A stretch of DNA of 64,000 nucleotides. Origin: an uncultured Gammaproteobacteria bacterium (GTDB taxonomy: Bacteria; Pseudomonadota; Gammaproteobacteria; UBA9214). Under the pieces are notes generated by a model. That model did no database searches and was not told where the DNA came from. It saw only the letters and a list, made by a program, of their open reading frames with translations. Shown here one piece after another: positions 53,653 to 62,120 of this stretch; position 1 is the stretch's first letter, and every line of letters begins with the position of its first letter. The DNA lies in NCBI GenBank assembly GCA_963748215.1, contig CAVVHS010000002.1, positions 32,001 to 96,000 on the forward strand, read 5' to 3'. The translations under genes and the position numbers were made by a program.

Positions 53653-53673
53653 CAAATGTTCCCTATCTAAGCC

Positions 53674-53729
53674 GCAGAACGGCGCGGTTCACACGCCGGA
53701 GTAGCCGGTGTGTGAACCGTTTGTTCGAC
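53674..53729 (-). other. attC (short)
   Basis: GCAGAAC...GTTCGAC with CGGTTCACAC/GTGTGAACCG stem. Confidence 0.7.
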
Positions 53730-53753
53730 CACAATTCAAGTATGTACCATTGG

Positions 53754-54419
53754 TCAGAAAACCAGTGTTTTCCACGTCTTTCCAAAGTCCATGCTTTCGA
53801 CTCGTACAGCCTTGCCATTCCGCAACGCCTTGGAGTTGACCACAAACGATACATGGCCATCTGAATTCACTCGGATATCCTTGAAGTGCGGTTCGCGCCC
53901 ACCCAGGTAATCGTACTGGCGGCAGTCCACATTTCCTTTAGGTTTACAGTGATCCGGCTTGTCGGCTGGAACAATCAAATCCTCCGGAAGAGAAGTGGGA
54001 TACCATCCTCGAAAACTGCCACAGGAATCGAAGCTCACATTCACTCCGTTCCCGATCCAGACCAGGATACGATCATCAACGACAAGGTAGTTTCGGCGTT
54101 CACGCTCTGCCAATTCGGCGGCACTCTTGGAACCAATCGCACCGCCGTTTCCGAGCGAGACCCATCCCGCATCTTGTGTCTTGTGTGCGGGAGAGTTGCG
54201 AGTTTGTAACGAGGAGCATTGGACGCGAAACACCTCGCCGGTGTAATGAAGAGGAAGATTCTCAAAATACCGAACAAGTTTGAGTCGGAGTTGAGCATTC
54301 TCATAAATCATGGCTTCGTCGAGTTTCCGCGTGCTCGGGCTACACGCGAAAACCACCACAACCGCAAGCATTCCACCTACCAACCAGAGCAACTTTCGTA
54401 TTGACACCGACTTTTCCAA
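53754..54419 (-). CDS. Cassette: hypothetical lipoprotein
   Basis: VFAC lipobox; Cys pairs; SMDFGKTW Asp-box. Confidence 0.7.
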   Translation of the reverse strand: MEKSVSIRKLLWLVGGMLAVVVVFACSPSTRKLDEAMIYENAQLRLKLVRYFENLPLHYTGEVFRVQCSSLQTRNSPAHKTQDAGWVSLGNGGAIGSKSAAELAERERRNYLVVDDRILVWIGNGVNVSFDSCGSFRGWYPTSLPEDLIVPADKPDHCKPKGNVDCRQYDYLGGREPHFKDIRVNSDGHVSFVVNSKALRNGKAVRVESMDFGKTWKTLVF

Positions 54420-54437
54420 AACTGTTACCTCAGTGGG

Positions 54438-54489
54438 GCTGAACGCCTGATTTCAGCTGCATTAGACCCGCTGCAACGTCTTGTTGGAT
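54438..54489 (-). other. attC (short)
   Basis: GCTGAAC...GTTGGAT. Confidence 0.6.
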
Positions 54490-54506
54490 GTCAATTGCAC
54501 CAGTGT

Positions 54507-55166
54507 TTACTCAATGTCCGGGGGTCTCTCAACGGGCACTAAGATTTCATTCCGCCTCAAAAACCACGGCATGAATGGAGGGTTATATCTGGCCCATATA
54601 GGGTCTCCAGCAACGTTCAGGTTTTGTTTCTCGATCCAAGCATTCAGCTTATCCAAATTACGACGATAACCTTTTTCACTCCAGAAGCCAGAGTACCGGA
54701 CGGCCGCAATGTATCGCGCAGGAACTTGACGCAAGATTACGTTCGGATCTTTGGGTTCCGGGAGTGTTTCCAGCGAATAGGATGAGGGCATCATAAAGCT
54801 CACGGCCCACCTGCCATTCATACGCTGTTGGCCAACGGGCGAAGTCATGTCGATATTCTCGCTTACAGGTCCTTGGGTAACGGGTGCAGTCATTTCGACT
54901 TTACGCTGGGACTTGTTGTTGCCGGAAATGTATTTGAACAGCCGGCTAAAGGCTTTGTTTCCCGCGTCTTCAAGATCTCCGTCAACCATGGTTTCGGCAA
55001 TAACATGCGGCTCATACTGGCGCACCTCGAAGCCCTGCTCCTTGAACACGACTGTGTATACGGCTTCCTCTATCGCCATAACGTTTCCCGCTCCAGGAAC
55101 CGCAACAAGAACCACAACAAGAACCGCAACAAGAAAAGACCAGCCAACCCGTTTTATCCCAGCCAT
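54507..55166 (-). CDS. Cassette: SOUL heme-binding protein
   Basis: FEVRQY, AFSRLFKYISG.N, MTAPV, SFMMPS, ARYNPPFMPWFLRRNEI. Confidence 0.92.
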   Translation of the reverse strand: MAGIKRVGWSFLVAVLVVVLVAVPGAGNVMAIEEAVYTVVFKEQGFEVRQYEPHVIAETMVDGDLEDAGNKAFSRLFKYISGNNKSQRKVEMTAPVTQGPVSENIDMTSPVGQQRMNGRWAVSFMMPSSYSLETLPEPKDPNVILRQVPARYIAAVRYSGFWSEKGYRRNLDKLNAWIEKQNLNVAGDPIWARYNPPFMPWFLRRNEILVPVERPPDIE

Positions 55167-55268
55167 GAAACCCCTCCTTCGAATCCCCGACAAACACGCG
55201 CACCAACACACCCCGGACTCTCCGCCATTCTGATGACCGCCGTCTTTGCAAAACGGCTCGCTTTTGAT

Positions 55269-55345
55269 GCCCAACGCTTGAATCAAGCGGCGCGCGTTAG
55301 CGCATCCGGCCCCGAAGGGGGGCGAGCTTGAATGATTTGTTATAT
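55269..55345 (-). other. attC
   Basis: GCCCAAC...GTTATAT. Confidence 0.85.
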
Positions 55346-55733
55346 TTCTTTGCACCAAGAATGCAGCTCCGCCTAAAAGTAATGATATAGCCAACCAATT
55401 AATTACCATACCTATAATTGATTCGGCTATACCAGGCAAAACGATCCGAGTTAATATTTCAAGCACAAGACTCATTGCTATGGTAGTTGCGATAGTCGTA
55501 TTCGTAAACTCCAAACCGACCGCCTTGTTCAATGCAATGTATGCAGCCAGAACAGAGAGCGAAGATGCGAATCCATTAATACCAAGAATAAATGCACCGA
55601 ATCGAATGCCTCCAAAACAATCGAATTTGGGATCACAGTTTCCGAGCACGAATATATCAAACGTGTATCAAGCCAGCATTGGCATCACTACCGATGCAAA
55701 TGACATGCTCAATATGGTAGTCGCTTTCTTCAT
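55340..55733 (-). pseudogene. Cassette: membrane protein with internal stop and no terminal stop
   Basis: MKKATT...MLA*YTF; TGA at 55668-55670; frame stays open through the attC into SOUL. Confidence 0.55.
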
Positions 55734-55745
55734 GTCTTCTTAGAA

Positions 55746-55822
55746 ATATAACGTCTGAATTGAGCTGCGCGCGAAAGGAGGCGAAGCCGACTGAAGCGCT
55801 TTCGGTTGATCGCATGTTAGGC
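55746..55822 (-). other. attC
   Basis: ATATAAC...GTTAGGC. Confidence 0.8.
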
Positions 55823-55850
55823 CCGACCGTGTTAGATGTTCGGCCTGGGC

Positions 55851-56195
55851 TTACTCTTGCCTGACTATATCGATCGGGATCTCCACCACCCGAATCGTTC
55901 CTCTGTTCTCAAGCCAGTGTGTGGTATTTCTATCCTCGGGCCAGCCCACTCCCGGCCCATAGTCCGTAGCGACTCCATTTCGATGGTCAGTGATGGTTCC
56001 TTGCAGTATGTAGACGGTGCCCGGTCTGCCTTTATGGTCGTGAATCGGGCCAAAGGCGCCTCCAGGCTCGATGGTCACCATACGCATTCGAAGTTTGCGC
56101 CCTGCCATGCCCTCGATCTCAGTGCCAAGGTCAACCGTTGCAGGTAACTTCACCGTAACACCTTTTGTCTCAGGTGCAACCTGTTCGTTGCTCAT
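55851..56195 (-). CDS. Cassette: cupin-domain protein
   Basis: IEPGG..HDH..PGTVYILQG...HWLENRG. Confidence 0.88.
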   Translation of the reverse strand: MSNEQVAPETKGVTVKLPATVDLGTEIEGMAGRKLRMRMVTIEPGGAFGPIHDHKGRPGTVYILQGTITDHRNGVATDYGPGVGWPEDRNTTHWLENRGTIRVVEIPIDIVRQE

Positions 56196-56219
56196 CGTGC
56201 TCCTCTCTGTACTTCCAGG

Positions 56220-56309
56220 GCCTAACGGGGCAAGCCAGCCGCGCTGCTACGGGCAGGACCGCGAAGCACCACAATACTTTCCAGCTTCGGCCTCGGTGAC
56301 TGGTTGAAA
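56220..56309 (-). other. attC
   Basis: GCCTAAC...GTTGAAA; same family as 61740 and 63838. Confidence 0.75.
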
Positions 56310-56332
56310 CGCTACTTCGGCGGTTCGACACA

Positions 56333-56803
56333 TCAACCTTCTCCAGTGCCAAGCCCAGCAGCGAGCAGAACAATAGAAACTACTCCAATGCAGGTCCTAA
56401 AGTGATTCCAGTACAGCCACTTTTTTTGATAGACGGGCCACACATCATCAGCTACTGATTGCTCAGCTTCAGCTAATTTGTTGTTTAGTGGAACGTTGAA
56501 TAACACCGTAATCCCAAATGGGCCTATAAAATAGGCCAGCGCACCTATGAATAGTAATAGACTGCCAGACGAATCAAGTTGCTGGGCGGATTTAAACGCG
56601 ATCAGGGCACAAAGTGTCGGGGTTCCAAGAAACAGAATAAGGAAAACAGGATTAAGTATTCTTTCGTTCACGCGTTGCATCGCAAACATCCCCTTATCAT
56701 TCGGCAGGTCGGCAAGCGCTCGCATAACGAAGTTCGAGAATGCGAATAGCAACCCCGTTATAATCGCAGCACCTGTTATTGCCATGACAACGATACTCGT
56801 CAT
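56333..56803 (-). CDS. Cassette: DUF1772 (anthrone oxygenase-like) membrane protein
   Basis: FAFSNFVMRAL, AMQRVN, NVPLNNKL, WNHFRT. Confidence 0.88.
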   Translation of the reverse strand: MTSIVVMAITGAAIITGLLFAFSNFVMRALADLPNDKGMFAMQRVNERILNPVFLILFLGTPTLCALIAFKSAQQLDSSGSLLLFIGALAYFIGPFGITVLFNVPLNNKLAEAEQSVADDVWPVYQKKWLYWNHFRTCIGVVSIVLLAAGLGTGEG

Positions 56804-56832
56804 TTCGCCTCACTAATGTCCGTCTCGTTGGC

Positions 56833-56930
56833 GACTATCGCTTGAGTTCAGCGGCGTTTGAGGCGTCGGCCCTTTTACGGCAGCAAAAATGGGCGACGGG
56901 TCAAACGTCCGCTGCAACGATATGTTGGGC
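56833..56930 (-). other. attC
   Basis: GACTATC...GTTGGGC with CAGCGG/CCGCTG stem. Confidence 0.7.
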
Positions 56931-56934
56931 GCCA

Positions 56935-57327
56935 TTATTGCCACGTTTCGAATTGCGGCGCTGAACTACAAATGTGATCCCAAGGTGCCTTCGAGCCGAC
57001 AAAGATATGGGCTTCGATCTCGACGCCAGGGTCTCCGTTGACCGTTCCCAAAGCGACACCGTGCACACGGCCTTTATGCGTTCCACAAATTGTGGTGCCG
57101 CATGTTTTGCAAAAGACCAACCCCCAATCCTGCTGGGAGGAGTAATTCTGCAAGTTTTCTGAGCCGCTTACCCAGGCGAATAATTCGGTGTCTACCAACT
57201 CTGCATAGGCTGACGAAGCTCCGCTGAACGCCTTTCGGCAGCGTGAACAGTGGCATGACCGAGCACGCATGAGGTCGCAATCGATACGGTACTGCACGGT
57301 GCCGCAGAAGCATTCACCTTCGATCAA
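56935..57327 (-). CDS. Cassette: GFA family protein
   Basis: GECFCG, CHCSRCRK, FCKTCG, HIFVGSKAPW. Confidence 0.92.
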   Translation of the reverse strand: MIEGECFCGTVQYRIDCDLMRARSCHCSRCRKAFSGASSAYAELVDTELFAWVSGSENLQNYSSQQDWGLVFCKTCGTTICGTHKGRVHGVALGTVNGDPGVEIEAHIFVGSKAPWDHICSSAPQFETWQ

Positions 57328-57351
57328 ATCATTCGCTCCCGTTCAAATGGC

Positions 57352-57426
57352 GCCCAACGTTGGAACTCTGCCGTCGCCGGAGGAGTGAAAGCGACGGAGG
57401 CAATCGGCAGGAGTGATTGGTTATGC
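57352..57426 (-). other. attC (TA-associated family)
   Basis: GCCCAAC...GTTATGC. Confidence 0.9.
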
Positions 57427-57681
57427 CGCAGATTCTTGATGTACATCCCATCCAGGAAAGACAAGAACTGCGGGATGACACTTCAGCACCCTTGCAAGAA
57501 CCTTGGCTCTCTCTACACCCAGATTTACCCGATCGTTTTCAATGGCCGAGATGGTAGATTGAGGAATACCGGTTAAATCAGATAGCTTATTCTGGCTCAT
57601 CTCCTGCAATTCCCGAAGAATCCGAACCGACTCCCCAACAGAGACATCTACCAACTTCTTAGCTTTTCTATAATCTTTCAT
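57421..57681 (-). CDS. Cassette: XRE/HTH antitoxin (HigA-like)
   Basis: LRELQEMSQNKLSDLTGIPQSTISAIEN. Confidence 0.88.
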   Translation of the reverse strand: MKDYRKAKKLVDVSVGESVRILRELQEMSQNKLSDLTGIPQSTISAIENDRVNLGVERAKVLARVLKCHPAVLVFPGWDVHQESAA

Positions 57682-57682
57682 A

Positions 57683-57964
57683 TCATTTTCTCCGATAATC
57701 GTGCGGAGTCACTTTAACCACTTGAACTAAAACAAGATCCTTTTGAATTTTATAGATGACACGATACTGTATGTTGAGACGGGATGACCGGTGTCCCTTC
57801 CATTCACCACGAAGAGCCTCATCTCTGAATCCATTAATTTGCCTTAACCCATCAGGACCACTTATCGAGACGATATCTTTCCACTTCTCATATCGCTTGA
57901 GCACATCAATCGGTAATGACTCAAGCTGTTTAACAGCCCTCCTGTGCTCATATATCTCCCACAT
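57683..57964 (-). CDS. Cassette: RelE/HigB-family mRNA interferase toxin
   Basis: DEALRGEWKGHRSSRLNIQYRVIY...HDYR; toxin-first order. Confidence 0.88.
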   Translation of the reverse strand: MWEIYEHRRAVKQLESLPIDVLKRYEKWKDIVSISGPDGLRQINGFRDEALRGEWKGHRSSRLNIQYRVIYKIQKDLVLVQVVKVTPHDYRRK

Positions 57965-57973
57965 ACATTAATT

Positions 57974-58001
57974 AGTATATATACGTAATATGGTATGTCA
58001 A
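57974..58001 (-). promoter_or_regulatory. Sigma70 promoter of the TA cassette
   Basis: TTGACA-16nt-TATACT, 9 nt before the ATG. Confidence 0.7.
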
Positions 58002-58008
58002 CCCTGAG

Positions 58009-58069
58009 GCATAACGCCTCGCATCAGCGACATGGTGCAACCAAGTCCGACTGCATGCGTTTGTTATGT
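58009..58069 (-). other. attC
   Basis: GCATAAC...GTTATGT. Confidence 0.85.
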
Positions 58070-58098
58070 CGCGCTGTGTGAATGTATTCATGCAACAT

Positions 58099-58578
58099 TT
58101 AATCCTCGTTGTTTTTATCAACATCAACAATAAAATCTCCATGCAGCCAATTTCTTCCTAACAGGAGACGGTACTCCATCTTCGTGCGATCGTTCAGGGT
58201 TACGAGAATACTTTTTTTAGAGTCATTCCATTTCATTAGCAACGGAACTACATACCTATGTTCTGCCGTTTCTGAAGTTCTTACCTTAATGACTGAGGAT
58301 ACGCGAGTCTCGATCTTTCTAGACAGGCCTTCCTTGGTAACCAGATCAAATGAAATAGGTTTACCCCGTGGGTCACCTGATATATCTACTTCAATATTTT
58401 CGGCATGAATACTAGAAGTCTTCGCACCAGTGTCTACCCGGGCCTTAAAGCTTAGGTTAGCTTCTTCAACAAAAACCACTTCGGTGGCACCAACAATCTG
58501 CTTAAGTGAATCGGCATCTACATCTATTGAAACTAAAAGTACAAGAGTCAGAAGGAACGGGTACCATAATATTTTCAC
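58099..58578 (-). CDS. Cassette: exported retropepsin-like (RimK/LysX-associated) putative protease
   Basis: Signal peptide, ARVDTGAKTSSI, LTLNDR-like motif, LLGRNWL. Confidence 0.85.
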   Translation of the reverse strand: MKILWYPFLLTLVLLVSIDVDADSLKQIVGATEVVFVEEANLSFKARVDTGAKTSSIHAENIEVDISGDPRGKPISFDLVTKEGLSRKIETRVSSVIKVRTSETAEHRYVVPLLMKWNDSKKSILVTLNDRTKMEYRLLLGRNWLHGDFIVDVDKNNED

Positions 58579-58606
58579 CTCCGGTCCCCGAGCAGGCTAG
58601 TAAGCG

Positions 58607-58681
58607 ACATAACGTTGGAAGCCAGCCGCGCGCATCAGCGCGTCCGGCCCCGCAGGGGCGTACTCGAATGACTTGTTAGGC
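58607..58681 (-). other. attC
   Basis: ACATAAC...GTTAGGC. Confidence 0.85.
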
Positions 58682-58687
58682 ATTTGT

Positions 58688-58999
58688 CTACCTTGGCTCC
58701 GTAGCTTTAAGCAACTCATCGGACATGCCCTCCAACCCATGATTTTCCACCAGGCCCTCACTTCGAAATAGTGTTAACTGAAGCTGCGCCCTTGATCTAC
58801 TGTGACCATCAAAAAGCAGGCTCATTCGCTTATCCGCGTTCTCTACCAACTTATAAAGATTCAAGTATTTTTCGTGATTTGATGTATCTTCTTTTTGTAC
58901 AGCTTCCTCAAAATCTGACATGGCTTCCGCACAAAACCTTTCTAGCGCAATCTCTTTAACCTTTTTGAAAAGTTTCCAATCGGATTCTTTCATCATCAA
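58688..58999 (-). CDS. Cassette: hypothetical protein
   Basis: MKESDWKLFKK..ALERFC; fills the cassette. Confidence 0.75.
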   Translation of the reverse strand: MMMKESDWKLFKKVKEIALERFCAEAMSDFEEAVQKEDTSNHEKYLNLYKLVENADKRMSLLFDGHSRSRAQLQLTLFRSEGLVENHGLEGMSDELLKATEPR

Positions 59000-59012
59000 T
59001 GTTCTGTTATAT

Positions 59013-59084
59013 GCCTAACGTGGCCATCACTGGCGGGAATGGAGCGCAGCAGAATTCACGTCCGAGTGAATGGCATGGTTAGCC
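59013..59084 (-). other. attC
   Basis: GCCTAAC...GTTAGCC. Confidence 0.88.
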
Positions 59085-59921
59085 ATCAGTCGGATTTCCG
59101 TGCGGAATGACTTCTGTGACCGATCCTTCCTTTGTGAACATATTCTTGCGGTTCCCCCAAACGATTAGAAAGGCGGCGACAATCAGCAGGTACGTGTCGT
59201 AGGGCTGCGCGTCAGGAAAGATCGGGTTCATGAGCGAGAAATGGAAGAACGCCGACAGCAGAATGCTACCACGCGATCTATTGAAAAGCGCAGTTGCAAT
59301 GACGCTTATCGCCAAGCACCCAGTAAAGAATGCCGTGAACGACCACTCGCTATGCTGGGTTCCGCTCAAGAGGAAAGCAGGCAAATGCCACAGCCCCCAT
59401 ATGGCTCCAAGAATCAGCCCGGCCCAGATTGGAGCGAACTTCCTTTGCAGAAGAGGAAGTGCAAGCCCCCGCCAGCCGAACTCCTCGATCGGCCCTTTAA
59501 TGGCCGCGAGGCCCAACGCCACGAGCAGTGCCTGAAGGGTCGCAAATGGGAACGGTTCCGCGAAAAGGTTCCCTCTAAGCGTGGAAGCGCCAATGAAGAT
59601 CAACGGAATGCCAATGATCAGAAAAGCATACCAAGCTGCGCCGCATCGCCAGAGCAAAGCCCGTCCGAGGAAGCGCCGCAGACCGGCGACGCCGCCGTTG
59701 CGGGCAACAAGAGAGAACGCCGCGATTGCAGGTGCGTACACGGCCAGGAAGAAGAGCGGATGGTTGCCGGTGAGCTGGCCAAACGCTGGCCCCATAAGTT
59801 CCGGGAGGAAGATGTACAGTCCAAGGATACCCCAAGCTATGCCAAACGAGATCAGCAGAAAGGGAGTAAATGAACGGAACTGCACTCCACACGTTTCAGG
59901 CACTGAGATGGTTGAAGGCAT
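59079..59921 (-). CDS. Cassette: CPBP (Abi/CAAX) intramembrane metalloprotease
   Basis: EEFGWRG, WGLWHLP, FFH. Confidence 0.92.
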   Translation of the reverse strand: MPSTISVPETCGVQFRSFTPFLLISFGIAWGILGLYIFLPELMGPAFGQLTGNHPLFFLAVYAPAIAAFSLVARNGGVAGLRRFLGRALLWRCGAAWYAFLIIGIPLIFIGASTLRGNLFAEPFPFATLQALLVALGLAAIKGPIEEFGWRGLALPLLQRKFAPIWAGLILGAIWGLWHLPAFLLSGTQHSEWSFTAFFTGCLAISVIATALFNRSRGSILLSAFFHFSLMNPIFPDAQPYDTYLLIVAAFLIVWGNRKNMFTKEGSVTEVIPHGNPTDG

Positions 59922-59930
59922 GTCTTTCTT

Positions 59931-60035
59931 GGCTAACGGCTGAACTCTGCCGCGCCGAGCACAGCGAGGGAACCCTTGACTCCGCGAGCGCATGCGAGCG
60001 GTGTCAAGGGCGTCGGCAGGAGTGATTTGTTATGC
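59931..60035 (-). other. attC (long variant of the TA-associated family)
   Basis: GGCTAAC GGCTGAACTCTGCCG...CGGCAGGAGTGATTTGTTATGC. Confidence 0.88.
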
Positions 60036-60227
60036 TGCAATGCCTTCAACAGACAGATGGCTTATATCAGTCCGTTGACTGGCATGTTCAAATGTAATGG
60101 CGCATACATTGCCTTCTGCATCTACGTCCAGCACTGTATTTTCATCGAGGTCTTTTGACTCGGTGATCTCTTCATCACGGAATTCAATATATAAAGTATC
60201 CGTATCTTCGAAGTATTTAACCTTCAT
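60030..60227 (-). CDS. Cassette: DUF2283 putative antitoxin
   Basis: MKVKYFEDTDTLYIEF...LDVDAEG..ITFEHAS. Confidence 0.85.
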   Translation of the reverse strand: MKVKYFEDTDTLYIEFRDEEITESKDLDENTVLDVDAEGNVCAITFEHASQRTDISHLSVEGIAA

Positions 60228-60460
60228 GATTTATAACCCCGATCAAAAAATGCGTTGTGTACAGTTTCAGCATCTTGTAGCAAGATGACTCGCAGGTATT
60301 TCCCCTGCATAGCGTCGATTTTAGCCCATCGGCGAATACGCCCATCTGCTTGAATTTGCTCACTTTCAGGATTATCCATAACATGCTGTATCCATTCATT
60401 TTTTATTACAGAGCGGTCCTTCCTGCTGCGGATTGTCTGGAAGTACTTTGTAGTTTTCAC
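60224..60460 (-). CDS. Cassette: putative toxin (DUF4258/RelE-like)
   Basis: QADGRIRRW...YLRVILL.D.ETVHNAFFDR; ATGA-coupled to DUF2283. Confidence 0.75.
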   Translation of the reverse strand: MKTTKYFQTIRSRKDRSVIKNEWIQHVMDNPESEQIQADGRIRRWAKIDAMQGKYLRVILLQDAETVHNAFFDRGYKS

Positions 60461-60479
60461 AGGATCTCGCCCTTATGCA

Positions 60480-60554
60480 GCATAACGGTTGAACTCTGCC
60501 GTTACCGAGGGAGCGCCAGCGACGGAGGTAGTCGGCAGTAGTGATTTGTTATAT
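60480..60554 (-). other. attC (TA-associated family)
   Basis: GCATAAC...GTTATAT. Confidence 0.9.
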
Positions 60555-60560
60555 GCCGCT

Positions 60561-60893
60561 TTATTCATGTGTTGAGCGCTTGAGAATTTCTGACACCCAC
60601 TGATTGATGCTTTTACCAGCAGCTGTTGCTCTCGCCGCAATTTCACTATGCAACCGGGGTGGTATCCTCAGGTTAAACTTACCCGAGTACTCTTTCATTG
60701 GGGCAATACCCTTCTCTTCGCAAACTTCCAGATACACCTTCAATGAGTTTTTAAATTCCTTTCGTAGATTTGCAGGGCTTTTACCATAGAAGTCTGCGCT
60801 TCCATTCAACCCGAGAATCTCCCCTCGAAATTGATCAAGCTCAGGATCGTACTCAATCTTTGCCTTGTAACCATCAACTTCCATGATATTCAT
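60561..60893 (-). CDS. hicB: Cassette: HicB antitoxin (RHH type)
   Basis: GYKAKIEYD, ADFYG, YSGKFNLRIPP.LH...SINQW. Confidence 0.92.
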   Translation of the reverse strand: MNIMEVDGYKAKIEYDPELDQFRGEILGLNGSADFYGKSPANLRKEFKNSLKVYLEVCEEKGIAPMKEYSGKFNLRIPPRLHSEIAARATAAGKSINQWVSEILKRSTHE

Positions 60894-61144
60894 GGCTTCA
60901 CCTCATAAAACTCTAACCATTTGCGAATACTGGCTATCGCTCCTTTATCAGTATTCGGTGATGGGTGTGGCCTATGAAATACGCGGACTTCGCTGAATAG
61001 CACAACGGCTACCCTGGATCCTGCTCTTTCTGATACATCCGCACCCAGCGCTTTGAACAGAGACTCAATATCCGTCCATGGGATATTGCCGCTAGTAGGT
61101 CGTTTGTAGATTTGTTCTAGCGTTTTCTGATGCTTGCGCTTCAT
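60890..61144 (-). CDS. hicA: Cassette: HicA toxin
   Basis: MKRKHQKTL, GSRVAV, FHRPHP. Confidence 0.92.
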   Translation of the reverse strand: MKRKHQKTLEQIYKRPTSGNIPWTDIESLFKALGADVSERAGSRVAVVLFSEVRVFHRPHPSPNTDKGAIASIRKWLEFYEVKP

Positions 61145-61150
61145 AGAAGG

Positions 61151-61178
61151 ATGGTACCATATAGTGGTACCATGTCAA
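61151..61178 (-). promoter_or_regulatory. hicAB promoter with tandem palindromic operators
   Basis: TTGACA-16nt-TACCAT, 6 nt before the ATG; ATGGTACCAT (61151-61160) and GTGGTACCAT (61164-61173). Confidence 0.75.
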
Positions 61179-61187
61179 GCTCAAGGC

Positions 61188-61262
61188 ATATAACGTTGGA
61201 ACTCTGCCGTCGCCGAAGGAGCGCCAGCGACGGAGGCGATCTGCAGGAGTGACTTGTTATAC
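61188..61262 (-). other. attC (TA-associated family)
   Basis: ATATAAC...GTTATAC. Confidence 0.9.
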
Positions 61263-61263
61263 G

Positions 61264-61539
61264 TCACTTAGCTTTTAGCGGGAATTTTTCGGGATTCTCG
61301 ATGGTATCTAAACCCAAGTCGACATCGAGATCGGGCCAATAGAAATGCCCTGGGCTAGGCTCTTCCACATTCAACACTTTTCCAACCGGTGCATCCTTGA
61401 ACCAGGGAAAGTCATCATAAGACATAAATAGCTCTCGGTCCCCGACCAGTATCCATACGCCGTGGCCAGAGATATTTGTAACCTCAATTCCCGAAGTGGC
61501 TATTCCATGCGGCCTTGAACTCATCATAGTGTCCTTCAA
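61264..61539 (-). CDS. Cassette: DUF2442 putative antitoxin
   Basis: EVTNISGHGVW, FPWFKDA, YWPDLDVDL. Confidence 0.85.
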   Translation of the reverse strand: MKDTMMSSRPHGIATSGIEVTNISGHGVWILVGDRELFMSYDDFPWFKDAPVGKVLNVEEPSPGHFYWPDLDVDLGLDTIENPEKFPLKAK

Positions 61540-61723
61540 TGATTCTTTCGATTTCTTTCAACTGTATCTTAGTCAATCTGTAGTTTTTAGCCAACTCCAG
61601 CTTCGGGTCTAACCAGTATTTCGCTTCTCCATCAGCACTATAGATATGCACATGTGGTCGTGATTCTTCCCGGGAAAAGAAAAAGAACCTGTATCCACCT
61701 TCCCTGTGTATCGTCGGACTCAT
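61484..61723 (-). CDS. Cassette: DUF4160 putative toxin
   Basis: MSPTI..GGYRFFFFSREE..PHVHI..EAKYWL. Confidence 0.88.
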   Translation of the reverse strand: MSPTIHREGGYRFFFFSREESRPHVHIYSADGEAKYWLDPKLELAKNYRLTKIQLKEIERIIEGHYDEFKAAWNSHFGN

Positions 61724-61739
61724 TCATTTCCCTTGTGAC

Positions 61740-61829
61740 GTATAACGTTTGAGCCAAGCTGCGCCACCACGGACGGAACCGCGAAGCGCCAAAATACTTT
61801 CCAGCGTCGGCTTGGGCGATTTGTTAGCG
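61740..61829 (-). other. attC
   Basis: GTATAAC...GTTAGCG. Confidence 0.88.
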
Positions 61830-62120
61830 GTCATTTCTACCCTGCCAATAACCAGGTCGACGTCGATGATGAGCAACGGCCACGACCAAAATATAATCTG
61901 GCTCAATCCTATAAATTAGGGAATACGGAAATCTGGCAAGAATGATTCGCCGAAACTCTCCTGCAACTCTCTGGCCGATTTCCGGCTGGTCGCTTAGAAC
62001 TCCAATTATTTTCTCCACCTCTGTAATGAAACCATCGCCGAGTCCGGGTACTTCACCTTCATAATATGCAGTAGTTTCTACAATTTCATCAGATGCAGCT
62101 GGATGAAATACTGCATTCAT
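61824..62120 (-). CDS. Cassette: RelE/ParE-family toxin
   Basis: FHPAA..E...YYE...GLG.F, RFPYSLIY, VAVAHHRRRPGYW. Confidence 0.9.
   Translation of the reverse strand: MNAVFHPAASDEIVETTAYYEGEVPGLGDGFITEVEKIIGVLSDQPEIGQRVAGEFRRIILARFPYSLIYRIEPDYILVVAVAHHRRRPGYWQGRNDR

Noticed and set aside
55099-55134. 3 x 12-bp tandem repeat (ACCRCAACAAGA)
   Set aside because: In-frame repeat encoding the hydrophobic N-terminal segment of SOUL; not an independent element
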